Shown piece after piece: positions 1-9,656 of a stretch of 64,000 nucleotides of DNA; positions within the stretch are counted from its first letter, which is position 1, and every line of letters starts with the position of its first letter. Origin of the DNA: Thermoplasmatota archaeon (GTDB lineage Archaea; Thermoplasmatota; Thermoplasmata; Halarchaeoplasmatales; Halarchaeoplasmataceae); contig JBNJDY010000002.1 in NCBI GenBank assembly GCA_051745305.1, forward strand, positions 2,822 to 66,821, given 5' to 3'. A program made the translations under genes and the position numbers. The notes beneath the pieces are model-generated. The model was not told the DNA's origin, searched no databases, and saw only the letters and a program-made list of their open reading frames with translations.

Positions 1-153
1 TTCCTATTATTAAAATGTTTAACCACCATTTTTTATCTTGATAGTTGATTTTCAAATATTTAGGTCAATGTAATGGAAACACATAAATAATAGTTTTTCT
101 TAAGTGAATGTAGAGATTTTAGAAAACCTTTTATTAATAAAGACTAATTGAGA

Positions 154-161
154 TATAATTT
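154..161 (+). promoter_or_regulatory. Candidate TATA-like box (atataatt) about 27-34 nt upstream of the psmB start codon; a second A/T box (ttttattaat, 127-136) lies further upstream
   Basis: An A/T-rich TATA-like octamer sits at the expected distance for a short-leader or leaderless archaeal transcript. No TSS data were available. Confidence 0.2.
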
Positions 162-187
162 AATATGATTGGGTTGAGTGTGAAAAC

Positions 188-853
188 ATGAATGAAATCG
201 ATAATATGAAAAAGAAAGGTACTACGACCGTAGGAATTGTTTGTAATGGAGGAGTAGTTCTTGCCACCGAAAAAAGAGCTACCAAAGGTCATATGATTGC
301 TCATAAAGATACACGGAAACTATTCCAAATTGGGGGTAATATGGCACTCACTATTTCTGGCCTTGTTGGGGACGGACAAGCTATATCAAGGTTTCTTAGT
401 TCTGAAGTAGAGTTGTTTAGATTAAAAAGAAACAAGGACATGACTGTAAAAGCTGCTTCGACATTACTTTCAAATATGTTATTGGGTCGAAGAATGATGC
501 CTTACTTTGTAGGCCTCTTATTAGGTGGCGTAGATGATAATGGTGGACACGTTTATGCTTTAGACATGGCAGGTGGAGCTATCTCGGATAATTTCGTATC
601 TGAAGGATCTGGTTCTCCATTTGTTTATGGTGTTCTTGAAGATCATTACAAAGAAGGTATGAGTATCGAAGAAGGTGTGGATTTAGCGGTATTATGTTTA
701 CTCGTTTCAAGCAGCAGAGATTCTGCTTCTGGAGACGGAATTTGTGTAGCTAAAATCACAAAGGAAGAGGGTTTTGAAGAGATTGAAGATGAAGATATCG
801 ATAAACGTATATCCAGTGTACGTAAGGAGAAACAAAATTTACCTCCCTTATGA
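188..853 (+). CDS. psmB: 20S proteasome beta subunit (propeptide followed by the catalytic Thr in GTTTVGI)
   Basis: The translation has the N-terminal threonine motif G-TTTVGI and is the right length (221 aa). Ntn-hydrolase proteasome beta family. Confidence 0.9.
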   Translation: MNEIDNMKKKGTTTVGIVCNGGVVLATEKRATKGHMIAHKDTRKLFQIGGNMALTISGLVGDGQAISRFLSSEVELFRLKRNKDMTVKAASTLLSNMLLGRRMMPYFVGLLLGGVDDNGGHVYALDMAGGAISDNFVSEGSGSPFVYGVLEDHYKEGMSIEEGVDLAVLCLLVSSSRDSASGDGICVAKITKEEGFEEIEDEDIDKRISSVRKEKQNLPPL

Positions 854-904
854 TCTATTCACTAAAATACATTTCATAACCTAGGTTTAACAGCAATTTA
901 AAGA

Positions 905-2827
905 GTGAACTATATGAGTGTGGAAGACATTTTGAACGATGCAAAAGAAGCGATCAGTGAAGTATTATCTAGACCTGTGAGTGTAACCAATATAGAGTTT
1001 GAAGGCTCGACTATCGTTATTTACACCAAAGATTTAGATGAATTCACGAAAGAATCAGGAACAGTCAAAAAGCTTGCAGAAAAAATAAAGAGAAGGATTT
1101 CGATCAGACCGGATCCTTCATTATTGGATACTCCTGAAGAAGCAGAAAGTAAAATCAAAGAGATAATTCCAGAGGAAGCCAAGATAACTGATATTTTTTT
1201 CAAAGAAGATTTAGGCGAAGTAACTATCGAAGCTGAGGCTCCTGGTATAGCAATAGGTAAAAAAGGAAAAATTTTAAATGAAATTAAAAGAGAAACTGGA
1301 TGGGCGCCAGATGTTGTACGTGCCCCACCTATACCTTCAAAGACGGTAAAGGATATCAGAAGTTATTTGAGAGCAGTTCGAGGCGAAAGAAGAAAGTTCC
1401 TCAATAAACTCGGTAGAAAAATAAACAGAGATACTCGGTCTGGGGAAACTTTCGCAAGAATTACCGCTCTTGGAGGTTACAGGGAAGTAGGAAGGTCCGC
1501 TCATCTACTTCACACAAGAGATAGTAAGGTTTTAATCGATTGTGGTGCAGATGTATCATCTGATGATGATGGAACACCTTACCTTAACGCTCCAGAACTG
1601 CTACCTTTAGATAGTATTGATGCCATTATTCTCACTCACGCTCATCTTGATCATAGTGGTTTAATTCCAGCACTTTATAAATATGGATTCGAGGGTCCTA
1701 TATATTGTACGCCACCTACTAGAGACTTAGCCGCTCTTCTACAACTAGATTATATTAAAGTGGCCGTCGGAGAAGCTAGAGAGCCACCTTATAAGTCATC
1801 TCATGTAAGAGAGGCCGTAAAATATACTGTACCGTTGGAGTACGGAGAAACCACAGACATAGCGCCGGATATAAGATTAACACTTCACAATGCCGGCCAT
1901 ATATTGGGATCAGCTGTAGCACATCTTCACATAGGTGATGGAGATTATAATGTTGCTTTCACAGGAGATATAAAATTTGACAATACTTGGTTATTTAATC
2001 AAGCTGTAAACAAATTTCCGAGAGTTGAAACAGTCGTTATGGAATCTACTTATGGTGGATATCATGATCTACAACCTAGCAGGAGAGATGCAGTTGCACA
2101 GTTAAAAGATATTTTAGAACAGCATCTAACTCATGGTAGTGGAAAGGTACTTGTTCCTGTTTTTGCCGTAGGTAGGTCACAGGAGGTTATGTTGGTAATA
2201 GAGGAAGCCATGAATAAAGGTGAAATACCAAAGGCACCGGTTTACTTAGATGGTATGATATGGGAAGCTACCGCCATCCATACAGCTTATCCGGAATTTT
2301 TAAATAACAAACTCAAGAAAAAGATATTCCATCAGGATGAAAATCCATTCTTGTCTGATATATTCCAGCAAGTGGACAGCAGGGATATGAGAGAAGAGAT
2401 ATGTGGCAGTTCGGAACCTGCTATAGTTCTAGCCACCGCCGGTATGATGAATGGGGGACCAGTGTTAGAGTATTTCAAGGCATGGGGAGATGATCCTGAA
2501 TCTGCTATAATATTCGTTGGTTATCAAGCAGATGGAACCATTGGAGATAAAATCCAAAAAGAGTATGATCACATCACTTTAACACAAAATGGGGATCCAA
2601 TCGATATAAAAGTAAAATTGAAAGTCTATACCTGTGAAGGATTCTCAGGTCACAGTGACAGAATACAGTTACTTCATTACATAAGTGGAATGAAACCTAA
2701 CCCAGAAAGAGTCATAGTTAGTCATGGGGAAGAAGGTAAGTGTACTAATTTAGCTAGCACCATCTATAAAAAGTATGGAATGGAAACTAGGACTCCTAAA
2801 AATCTGGAAACGGTTAGATTATACTAA
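905..2827 (+). CDS. Archaeal CPSF1 / FttA-type KH-domain plus metallo-beta-lactamase/beta-CASP ribonuclease
   Basis: 640 aa. N-terminal KH-like region, then the HxHxDH motif (THAHLDHSG) and beta-CASP motifs. Gene order with psmB matches the conserved archaeal exosome/proteasome neighbourhood. Confidence 0.85.
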   Translation: MNYMSVEDILNDAKEAISEVLSRPVSVTNIEFEGSTIVIYTKDLDEFTKESGTVKKLAEKIKRRISIRPDPSLLDTPEEAESKIKEIIPEEAKITDIFFKEDLGEVTIEAEAPGIAIGKKGKILNEIKRETGWAPDVVRAPPIPSKTVKDIRSYLRAVRGERRKFLNKLGRKINRDTRSGETFARITALGGYREVGRSAHLLHTRDSKVLIDCGADVSSDDDGTPYLNAPELLPLDSIDAIILTHAHLDHSGLIPALYKYGFEGPIYCTPPTRDLAALLQLDYIKVAVGEAREPPYKSSHVREAVKYTVPLEYGETTDIAPDIRLTLHNAGHILGSAVAHLHIGDGDYNVAFTGDIKFDNTWLFNQAVNKFPRVETVVMESTYGGYHDLQPSRRDAVAQLKDILEQHLTHGSGKVLVPVFAVGRSQEVMLVIEEAMNKGEIPKAPVYLDGMIWEATAIHTAYPEFLNNKLKKKIFHQDENPFLSDIFQQVDSRDMREEICGSSEPAIVLATAGMMNGGPVLEYFKAWGDDPESAIIFVGYQADGTIGDKIQKEYDHITLTQNGDPIDIKVKLKVYTCEGFSGHSDRIQLLHYISGMKPNPERVIVSHGEEGKCTNLASTIYKKYGMETRTPKNLETVRLY

Positions 2828-2875
2828 ATGGTCAGGTCTTTTACCAAAAATAAATGATAAAAAATGAGTTTTTAG
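2828..2875. terminator. Convergent intergenic region with oligo-T runs on both strands (aCPSF1 versus rps2)
   Basis: T5-T6 tracts immediately follow both stop codons. This is the usual archaeal terminator signal. Confidence 0.3.
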
Positions 2876-3496
2876 TTATAATTCCTGTTCGAAATCTTCG
2901 ACTTCAAATGGGAACTCTTCTCTTTTTTCTATATCTCCCTTTATCATAGCCATTTCTCTTGAAAGTAACCAGAACACTAGTGCGAGAGCCTTTCTACCTT
3001 TGTTGTTAGTGGGTAATGCTACGTCTATATTTTCTAGTCTGTTATTGGTATCTACAAGTCCTATTATTGGAATACCTATTCCTACAGCCTCTCTTACAGC
3101 TTGTCTATCTGCAGCTGGATCAACCACTACCATTATCTCTGGTTCGATAAAGGAATGTAGAGATGGATTTGTAAGAGAGCCAGGTATGAATCTACCAGCG
3201 ATACTCATCGTACCGACTATTTCAGAAAACGTTTCGATAGGCTTTTTACCATACTGTCTAGCTGAAACTAAAAGTATTCTTTCAGGGGGATAACGTGATA
3301 ACAGTTTTGCAACGGATGTTATCCTACTGTCGCTTTTTTTAACATCCAAAACGAACAGACCATCATCTCTAACTTTAAAAATGAATGGCTCCATCGAAGC
3401 ACTTTTTTGCTGCGTTCCTATATGGACGCCTGCAGTCAAATATTGATCTTCTGGTATCAGCATATCTTCTTCGTCTTCAACCATAGTTTCTTCCAT
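2876..3496 (-). CDS. rps2: 30S ribosomal protein uS2
   Basis: Motif LTAGVHIGTQQK and overall uS2 similarity. Length 206 aa. Confidence 0.9.
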   Translation of the reverse strand: MEETMVEDEEDMLIPEDQYLTAGVHIGTQQKSASMEPFIFKVRDDGLFVLDVKKSDSRITSVAKLLSRYPPERILLVSARQYGKKPIETFSEIVGTMSIAGRFIPGSLTNPSLHSFIEPEIMVVVDPAADRQAVREAVGIGIPIIGLVDTNNRLENIDVALPTNNKGRKALALVFWLLSREMAMIKGDIEKREEFPFEVEDFEQEL

Positions 3497-3498
3497 TG

Positions 3499-3678
3499 TT
3501 ATTCCTCTCTTAAAATTGAGATCGGTATTACACTTTTTTCATACTCGGCCACAGCGATATCCACTGGATCTACCATATCTTCTGGGACATCGATCAGAGG
3601 CGGAGCTCCCATAGATATCTGCAGAGACCTTGCGCCTATGATTCTAGCCTTTTCAAATCGAGTGTGTTCCGTTGTCAT
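3499..3678 (-). CDS. rpoK: DNA-directed RNA polymerase subunit K (Rpb6/omega homologue). The true start is probably the internal Met ([26 protein letters not shown]).
   Basis: Conserved RpoK core [19 protein letters not shown]. The ORF-track N-terminal extension is hydrophobic and unlikely to be real. The gene sits next to rps2 as in many archaea. Confidence 0.7.
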   Translation of the reverse strand: MTTEHTRFEKARIIGARSLQISMGAPPLIDVPEDMVDPVDIAVAEYEKSVIPISILREE

Positions 3679-3784
3679 ATTTACTAATCCATCTACCCAA
3701 AACAAAGTTATATAATAAGCTTTTTGTTCGACATACCCCATTTTTCCCTAATCTTATATACATCTTACGCTTTCGACCAGTTGC

Positions 3785-4405
3785 ATGGTACAAAAGGTTG
3801 TTGTTTTGCTATCAGGAGGGATAGATTCTCCCGTTGCCGCACATCTCTTCGCTGAGGCAGGGGCAAAAGTCATATTGTTAAATATAGACCATAGACCCTT
3901 CACCGATTATAAGACCATAAAAAATGTTGATAAACTAGTCGATAGATTGAAAGAAATTCATCCTAATATCGTTTTTTATCGAACTAAATTTGAAGATATT
4001 CATAAGTTGATCACAAAGAATACAGAATCCAGCTTTAGATGTATACTCTGCAGACGTATGATGTACAGAGCAGCAGAGAAGTTAGCAGAAAACCTCGAAG
4101 CTTCCTCGATAGCTACAGGTGAGTCCCTGGGGCAAGTCGCTTCACAAACCTTATCTAATTTGGCGACTGAAGATAAGGCTGTTGATATCCCCATTCACAG
4201 ACCGTTGATCGGATTAGATAAAAATGAGATCGTTGATATCGCTAAAGAGATCGGAACATTTTATATATCCATAAAACCAGCAGTTTGCTGTTTACTCACA
4301 CCTTCTGGACCAAGGATAAAGAGTTCTAACGATGAAGTTTTACGGGAAGAAAAAAACATAGAGATAAACAAATTGTTGGATAAATTGGAATATTTTAAAC
4401 CGTAA
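3785..4405 (+). CDS. ThiI-like PP-loop ATP pyrophosphatase / sulfurtransferase domain protein lacking the THUMP RNA-binding domain
   Basis: Motif LLSGGIDSPVAAHL is a ThiI-type PP-loop. The protein is only 206 aa, with C-terminal Cys residues (CCLLTPSGP). Confidence 0.6.
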   Translation: MVQKVVVLLSGGIDSPVAAHLFAEAGAKVILLNIDHRPFTDYKTIKNVDKLVDRLKEIHPNIVFYRTKFEDIHKLITKNTESSFRCILCRRMMYRAAEKLAENLEASSIATGESLGQVASQTLSNLATEDKAVDIPIHRPLIGLDKNEIVDIAKEIGTFYISIKPAVCCLLTPSGPRIKSSNDEVLREEKNIEINKLLDKLEYFKP

Positions 4406-4416
4406 TTTAAAGGATA

Positions 4417-5421
4417 TTATCTGCCGATGTATTCTGAATATAGACTTTTTGCTTTATTAATATCCTCGGTTCCTTTTACTATTATTCGACCGTCTTTGAA
4501 GATATTCAACTCGTAACCTTCAACGCTTAACCTGACCAACTGTTGTCCAATTTTTTTTGCATATCTATATCTCTTCACTATATTGTCTAGATCCACTTTA
4601 TCCTTATCGGAAGGTATTATTTGTATTGCATCTCGTCCACAAAGTTCAACAGTCTCATCATCTTCCCCTTCAAGATATCTAAAGTTTTTATTGGCACAGC
4701 AGTCACAATCTTCTTTTTTTCTTACTTCTGTGAGGTCAAATTCGTTACGCCAGATATCTACTGTTAGGAGTTCTTTTCTATTTTCCTCATCTACTAAAAA
4801 TTTTACAGCCTCTGTTGCTGCAATATTAGCGACAACTCGTGGAAGTGTAAAAAGAACACCCTCCGAGGCACAGGTTCCCATACTTTCGCTATTAGGTTGT
4901 TCAGGTATTAGACATCGAAGACATGGTGCCCCCTCATGTGTGATATTCATGGTCATACCGTAGGTCCCAAGGACAGCAGAGTATATCCATGGGATATCAT
5001 GTTTTATGCAGGCATCATTTATCAGATATCTAAGTTTCATGTTGTCTGAAGCGTCCATAACAATGTCGGAACCCTTAATCAGTTTTTCAATATTCTTTGT
5101 ATTGACGTCTAAAACATGTGAATTTATATTGATATCCGAGTTTATTTTTTTTAATTTATCCTCCGCGACTTCAGCTTTTGCCTTCCCGATGTCGTTTTCA
5201 TCGAATAGAGCCTGTCGCTGAAGGTTTGATAACTCCACAAAATCTCTATCTGCGATAACTATCTCGCCAACACCACTTCGGGAGAATCCCTCTGCCATAA
5301 CCGTTCCAAGGGCTCCCTGACCTAGTATGGTAACTTTGCTTTCGCTAATTTTTTTCTGTCCTTCTTTTCCGATTTCTTTTAATACTGTATGTCGGGAGTA
5401 TCTATCAGATAGATCGGTCAT
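4417..5421 (-). CDS. ThiF/MoeB/UbaA-type E1-like enzyme (adenylates a SAMP/ThiS/MoaD-type carrier), with Zn-binding CxxC pairs and a roughly 100-aa C-terminal extension
   Basis: Rossmann motif ILGQGALGTVMAEGFSRSGVGEIVIADRDFVELSNLQRQ. Also CLRC...CDCC motifs and a catalytic-Cys-like GTCASEGV. Confidence 0.75.
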   Translation of the reverse strand: MTDLSDRYSRHTVLKEIGKEGQKKISESKVTILGQGALGTVMAEGFSRSGVGEIVIADRDFVELSNLQRQALFDENDIGKAKAEVAEDKLKKINSDININSHVLDVNTKNIEKLIKGSDIVMDASDNMKLRYLINDACIKHDIPWIYSAVLGTYGMTMNITHEGAPCLRCLIPEQPNSESMGTCASEGVLFTLPRVVANIAATEAVKFLVDEENRKELLTVDIWRNEFDLTEVRKKEDCDCCANKNFRYLEGEDDETVELCGRDAIQIIPSDKDKVDLDNIVKRYRYAKKIGQQLVRLSVEGYELNIFKDGRIIVKGTEDINKAKSLYSEYIGR

Positions 5422-5513
5422 AGTTTTTCTAACTCGATGATATTTAATATATTTTTGTTTTTAGAAGTTAACTAGGAAAAATAATAAAGTATTGTAATTA
5501 TATCTCCTAACCG

Positions 5514-7172
5514 ATGAAAAATAGATCCAAGATAATCCTGTTATCTCTTATATCGATAATTTTGTTCTCTCTATTCATGAGAACGATCCCTCTCTTTAGG
5601 TATTCTATGTGGGGGATGGATAGCGGAGAATACGTTTATTATACTCAGAGATGGGTTAGTACGGGATCTTCTTATCTCAGTATAGATGGTTGGGGGCAAG
5701 CCTATCCCTATTTTCCTGGGATGTTCGTTTTGAGTGGTTCTTTTTATTTAACGTCAAATACTTCATTACTTGGCAGTACTACCTTCATACCCGCTATTAT
5801 CTCATCTTTCGTTCCCTTGCTTGTTTTCTTGATATCTTATAAGATAACAAAATCATGGAAACCCTCACTTGTATCATCTATGTTTCTAAGTGTCGTAGCT
5901 CCCTTCGTTTATAATTATTCGCAACCTAAACCAGAGACCGTAGGATTCTTTCTAATGGCAGTACTATTGACATTTTTCATAATCCTTTCCAAGAAAAGTA
6001 AAAAAGTTTATTTTTTTATAATTCCCACTGTAGCAGCTTTAGTAATAACACATCATCTTACTACTTACTTTTCGATCTTATTCATCCTAGGTGGTGTCTT
6101 TTTCTCAGAATTTGTGAAGAGAAGGTCGGATGTCAACAATATTTATAAATTTTATACCTATATCTTACTAACAACTATTGCCATTTTATACTGGATGTTA
6201 TATGCGGATCCATTTCGCCGAAATAGGATTTATCAGGCTTTGGAGACTCCTTCATATTCTATAATATTTGTACCATATCTACTGATTCTTATAGCATATA
6301 TTTTAATCAAATTTAGGAGAAAATCAGATTACGTACTGCCTATCAATATCCATAAGCAAAATATAAAGACTTTTTTAAAATTTGCAATACCTTCCCTTAT
6401 AATTTGTTTAGCCCTATTATCATTCGCTGGTTTCTATAGAGTTCCAGGTAGAAATTTTAAACTCGGTTATCAGGTTTTTCTTTATTTACCCCTATTGATT
6501 TTAGTTATTCTAGCCGTTGAAGCAAGAAAAGTAATAAAAACATTCAAGGATGGTATGCATATTGTAGGCTGGTTTTTGTTTGCTACCCTTTCGATGATAT
6601 TAGGTGTTATAACAGAAAATTCTTCACTCCTTCCTATGAGGCAACTTTCTTTTTTACTATTTCCTTTATCCATCCTATTGGGATTGGGTATAATCCAAAT
6701 ATTCAATCTCTATAATCCTTTTAAGGAAAAAAGTAAAAGTACGATATTGGTACTATTCATAGCATTTCTTCTTTTATGGTCTATCCCGTTCACGTATCCA
6801 GAACAAGAGAGTATTAGTGGATACCAGGAAGGCAGTGATTGGAAAGATGTTGAGGCTGGTATTTGGACTCGTAGTATTGTAAAGAAAATAGCTACAGACC
6901 ACAGGATGAGTGCAGTTCTTTTTGGAGTGGGGAATGATAACCTCACATGGACAGAAGGCCACCATATGTATTTTTCATCAGAACCTTCAAAAATACGTGA
7001 AGAATTGGCAGCCCTAAATGTTAGTTATATGTTATGGGATCAGGATATGTTGAAAGGTGTAGCCACATCTCAAGGAGTCACACCATATAGATTTGATAAA
7101 TCAGCTATAGAATATTATCGAATGAATTATTCTATATATAAAACGGAGGAATGTGAGGTTTATATTGTTTGA
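5514..7172 (+). CDS. Polytopic membrane protein (about 10 or more TM helices) with a C-terminal soluble domain; possibly a GT-C-type glycosyltransferase (ArnT/PMT-like)
   Basis: Hydrophobicity pattern plus a loop-then-C-terminal-domain architecture. No WWDYG (AglB) motif was found. The functional call is speculative. Confidence 0.4.
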   Translation: MKNRSKIILLSLISIILFSLFMRTIPLFRYSMWGMDSGEYVYYTQRWVSTGSSYLSIDGWGQAYPYFPGMFVLSGSFYLTSNTSLLGSTTFIPAIISSFVPLLVFLISYKITKSWKPSLVSSMFLSVVAPFVYNYSQPKPETVGFFLMAVLLTFFIILSKKSKKVYFFIIPTVAALVITHHLTTYFSILFILGGVFFSEFVKRRSDVNNIYKFYTYILLTTIAILYWMLYADPFRRNRIYQALETPSYSIIFVPYLLILIAYILIKFRRKSDYVLPINIHKQNIKTFLKFAIPSLIICLALLSFAGFYRVPGRNFKLGYQVFLYLPLLILVILAVEARKVIKTFKDGMHIVGWFLFATLSMILGVITENSSLLPMRQLSFLLFPLSILLGLGIIQIFNLYNPFKEKSKSTILVLFIAFLLLWSIPFTYPEQESISGYQEGSDWKDVEAGIWTRSIVKKIATDHRMSAVLFGVGNDNLTWTEGHHMYFSSEPSKIREELAALNVSYMLWDQDMLKGVATSQGVTPYRFDKSAIEYYRMNYSIYKTEECEVYIV

Positions 7173-7232
7173 AAAAATCAACGAAATATTTATTTTAACC
7201 AAAAAAGAATAACATAAATAAAAAGAGAAACC

Positions 7233-7754
7233 ATGTCTGCAAAAGAAAGAGTCTTGAAGGGATTGACATTAGTTCCCCGATTACTGAAAAATGAAATCCA
7301 TAAGAATAGGAGTTCTATCCCTTTCTTGATGTGTATATCTTTTTTAGTATCATTCATTGGTGCTAGATTGTGGGTGACTTATTTAGGAGCTAGTGAAACC
7401 ACGCCACCTCCCACATCAATAGGTCGGAATGTAGTTTTAGGTGGTTATCATATTCACCATATCACATATGGTATCATACTGATATCTTTAGCTGCATGGT
7501 TGTCTATTAATTACTGGAGCCGAAGCATAGTCAGGATCAGTTCTATTTTATATGGGCTTGGACTAGGTTTGATAGTTGATGAGCTCGGATTCATAATAGG
7601 TGGGATCGAGGCTTATAGAGCTGATAGAGAAGTATTTTATATCGCTGTATTGATTATTGCTATATTGTTGAGTATAGTGTACTTCCCATCATTCTACAGT
7701 AGTTTAAAAAGAGACGTAAAACGATGGAAACGAATATTCCTAAATAGAAAGTAG
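7233..7754 (+). CDS. Small integral membrane protein (3-4 TM helices), function unknown
   Basis: Hydrophobic segments. Co-directional and adjacent to the large membrane protein. Confidence 0.4.
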   Translation: MSAKERVLKGLTLVPRLLKNEIHKNRSSIPFLMCISFLVSFIGARLWVTYLGASETTPPPTSIGRNVVLGGYHIHHITYGIILISLAAWLSINYWSRSIVRISSILYGLGLGLIVDELGFIIGGIEAYRADREVFYIAVLIIAILLSIVYFPSFYSSLKRDVKRWKRIFLNRK

Positions 7755-7756
7755 AC

Positions 7757-8398
7757 TTATTTTTTACTAAATTCACATATTTCTAAAAGCGGACATGAAT
7801 CACAGATGGGTTCTTTTTTACAGTATTTTTTCCCCAGTTCTACGATCAAAGCGTGATATTCCTGGTAAAGTTTTAAGTCGGCATCAAGATTTATTTCAAA
7901 AAACCGTTGTAATTCCTGATACTTTCCCTCATGATCCATCACTCTCCTCATAATCCGAATGGTATAAGAATCAATGACAAATTTAGGTCTATCTGCTGCA
8001 TATAATATTATACTATCCGCGGTTTCGGGACCGATTCCTTTTATATCTAGTAGAAACTCCCTTAGGTCCTCTTTTTCCAACAGTTTATTCAACCCCCCCT
8101 TTTCGATCACCGCATCTGCTAAACGTTTCAATCTTTTTGATTTTTGCTTATAGAATCCAGTGGGCTTAATATGCTCTTGGAGTTCCTCTAAATAAGAATT
8201 TTTTATAGCACAAGGGTCTAATAGATTTTTGTTCCTTAGGTTTTCTATAGCTATCTCCACGTTATTCCAACTGACGTTTTGTGTCAATATAGCACCTATC
8301 ATCATTTCAAATTCACTTTCAGCGGGCCACCAATTCTGCTCACCAAATCTGTTTTTTAGTAGTTTGTATATATCCATCAGTTTAATCCCGTTGCACAT
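7757..8398 (-). CDS. Endonuclease III-family HhH-GPD DNA glycosylase with a C-terminal 4Fe-4S cluster loop
   Basis: HhH-GPD motifs (ILTQNVSW..., GIGPETADSIILY) and a C-X6-C-X2-C-X5-C cluster (CKKEPICDSCPLLEIC). Confidence 0.75.
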   Translation of the reverse strand: MCNGIKLMDIYKLLKNRFGEQNWWPAESEFEMMIGAILTQNVSWNNVEIAIENLRNKNLLDPCAIKNSYLEELQEHIKPTGFYKQKSKRLKRLADAVIEKGGLNKLLEKEDLREFLLDIKGIGPETADSIILYAADRPKFVIDSYTIRIMRRVMDHEGKYQELQRFFEINLDADLKLYQEYHALIVELGKKYCKKEPICDSCPLLEICEFSKK

Positions 8399-8497
8399 CT
8401 ATTGTCCATCTAGTAAGCCTTTATAAATTATTTATCACTTTCAGTTTTTTACATCTCTTTACATAAGAATTAAGTCCCTTTTTAAGGATTTACAATT

Positions 8498-9604
8498 ATG
8501 AGGAATAAGGGTACTGTAAATCTTCCTCTACATAATGGAAGAGTACCGCGATGGTTATTCGATAAGATGGTTGAACTCAGTAGATGCATTACTGAGGTTT
8601 TGATAGAAGAGTACGATCAAGCAGAATTTCTAAAACGCATTACTGACCCATATTGGTTCCAAGCTCTTTCTTGTACTATCGGTTTTGATTGGCACTCGAG
8701 TGGAACAACCACGACTACATGTGGTGCCCTCAAGTTAGCAATCGATCCAGCGGAACATGGTATTGCCATACTCGGGGGTAAGGGTCGTGCTAGTAGAAAA
8801 ACTCCTAAAGAAATTAGAAAATTAGAAAATTACTTTCAGATCAAACCTAAAAGATATAAAGAGATGTCATACGCCTCAAAACTAGCTGCAAAAGTGGACA
8901 ACAGTTGCATACAGGATCAATATCAGCTATATCATCACTCTTTCATAGTTACTGAAAAAGGAGATTGGGGTGTAATTCAGCAGGGCATGAACGATAAGAA
9001 TTCTTATGCTAGAAGATACCATTGGATCTCAGATGAATTAAATGATTTCATCGATGAGCCCCATAAAGGTGTCTGCTGTGATAAAAAGGGAAACAATGTT
9101 TTGAACATGACTGATAAAAGAAGCGAGGAATCTAGAAATATAAGTGTCGATCTTATTAATGATAATCCAGAACATTTAAAAAAATACTTTAGAGGAAAAA
9201 ACCAAACCTCGCTTGACTCATTTACTGATAATTACGAAATGCCTATGCATCATCAGGTATTAGATATAGATATATCTAAAAAGGGGTGGAAAACTCTCAA
9301 GAGGGCTTACGAGATCCAACCAGAGGATTATGAAGAATTAATATCTTTAAAAGGTATGGGCCCGAAAAAAATACGCGCTTTAGCTCTGGTTTCCGATCTC
9401 ATATATGGTTCAAAACCGAGTTGGAAAGACCCTGTCAAATACAGTTTTGCACATGGTGGTAAAGATGGAACACCTTTCCCAGTTGATGAAGATATATACA
9501 ATTCGACTATTAGTAATCTTAGAACTGTTTTGGAACAGGCTGATGTAGGGGAGAAAGATAAAAAATATGCACTAAAAAGGTTGAACAAATCAATTCAAAT
9601 TTAG
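8498..9604 (+). CDS. Conserved protein of unknown function (DUF763-like)
   Basis: The N-terminal region MRNKGTVNLPLHNGRVPRWLFDKM...DWHSSGTTTT resembles the DUF763 family. There is no catalytic assignment. Confidence 0.45.
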   Translation: MRNKGTVNLPLHNGRVPRWLFDKMVELSRCITEVLIEEYDQAEFLKRITDPYWFQALSCTIGFDWHSSGTTTTTCGALKLAIDPAEHGIAILGGKGRASRKTPKEIRKLENYFQIKPKRYKEMSYASKLAAKVDNSCIQDQYQLYHHSFIVTEKGDWGVIQQGMNDKNSYARRYHWISDELNDFIDEPHKGVCCDKKGNNVLNMTDKRSEESRNISVDLINDNPEHLKKYFRGKNQTSLDSFTDNYEMPMHHQVLDIDISKKGWKTLKRAYEIQPEDYEELISLKGMGPKKIRALALVSDLIYGSKPSWKDPVKYSFAHGGKDGTPFPVDEDIYNSTISNLRTVLEQADVGEKDKKYALKRLNKSIQI

Positions 9605-9656
9605 CTCTGGCAATAGTTCTGGAATATAACCACAACCTTTATAACAAACTAATTTC

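Noticed and set aside
1021-1203. Short antisense ORFs embedded within well-supported genes. Examples: 1021-1203, 3000-3293, 3407-3715, 4583-4963, 5006-5221, 6482-6965, 17426-18178, 23036-23491, 28371-28603, 31103-31779, 59356-62376.
   Set aside because: They lie entirely inside, and antisense to, conserved protein-coding genes. They have low-complexity Ser/Leu/Phe-rich translations typical of the reverse strand of AT-rich coding DNA.
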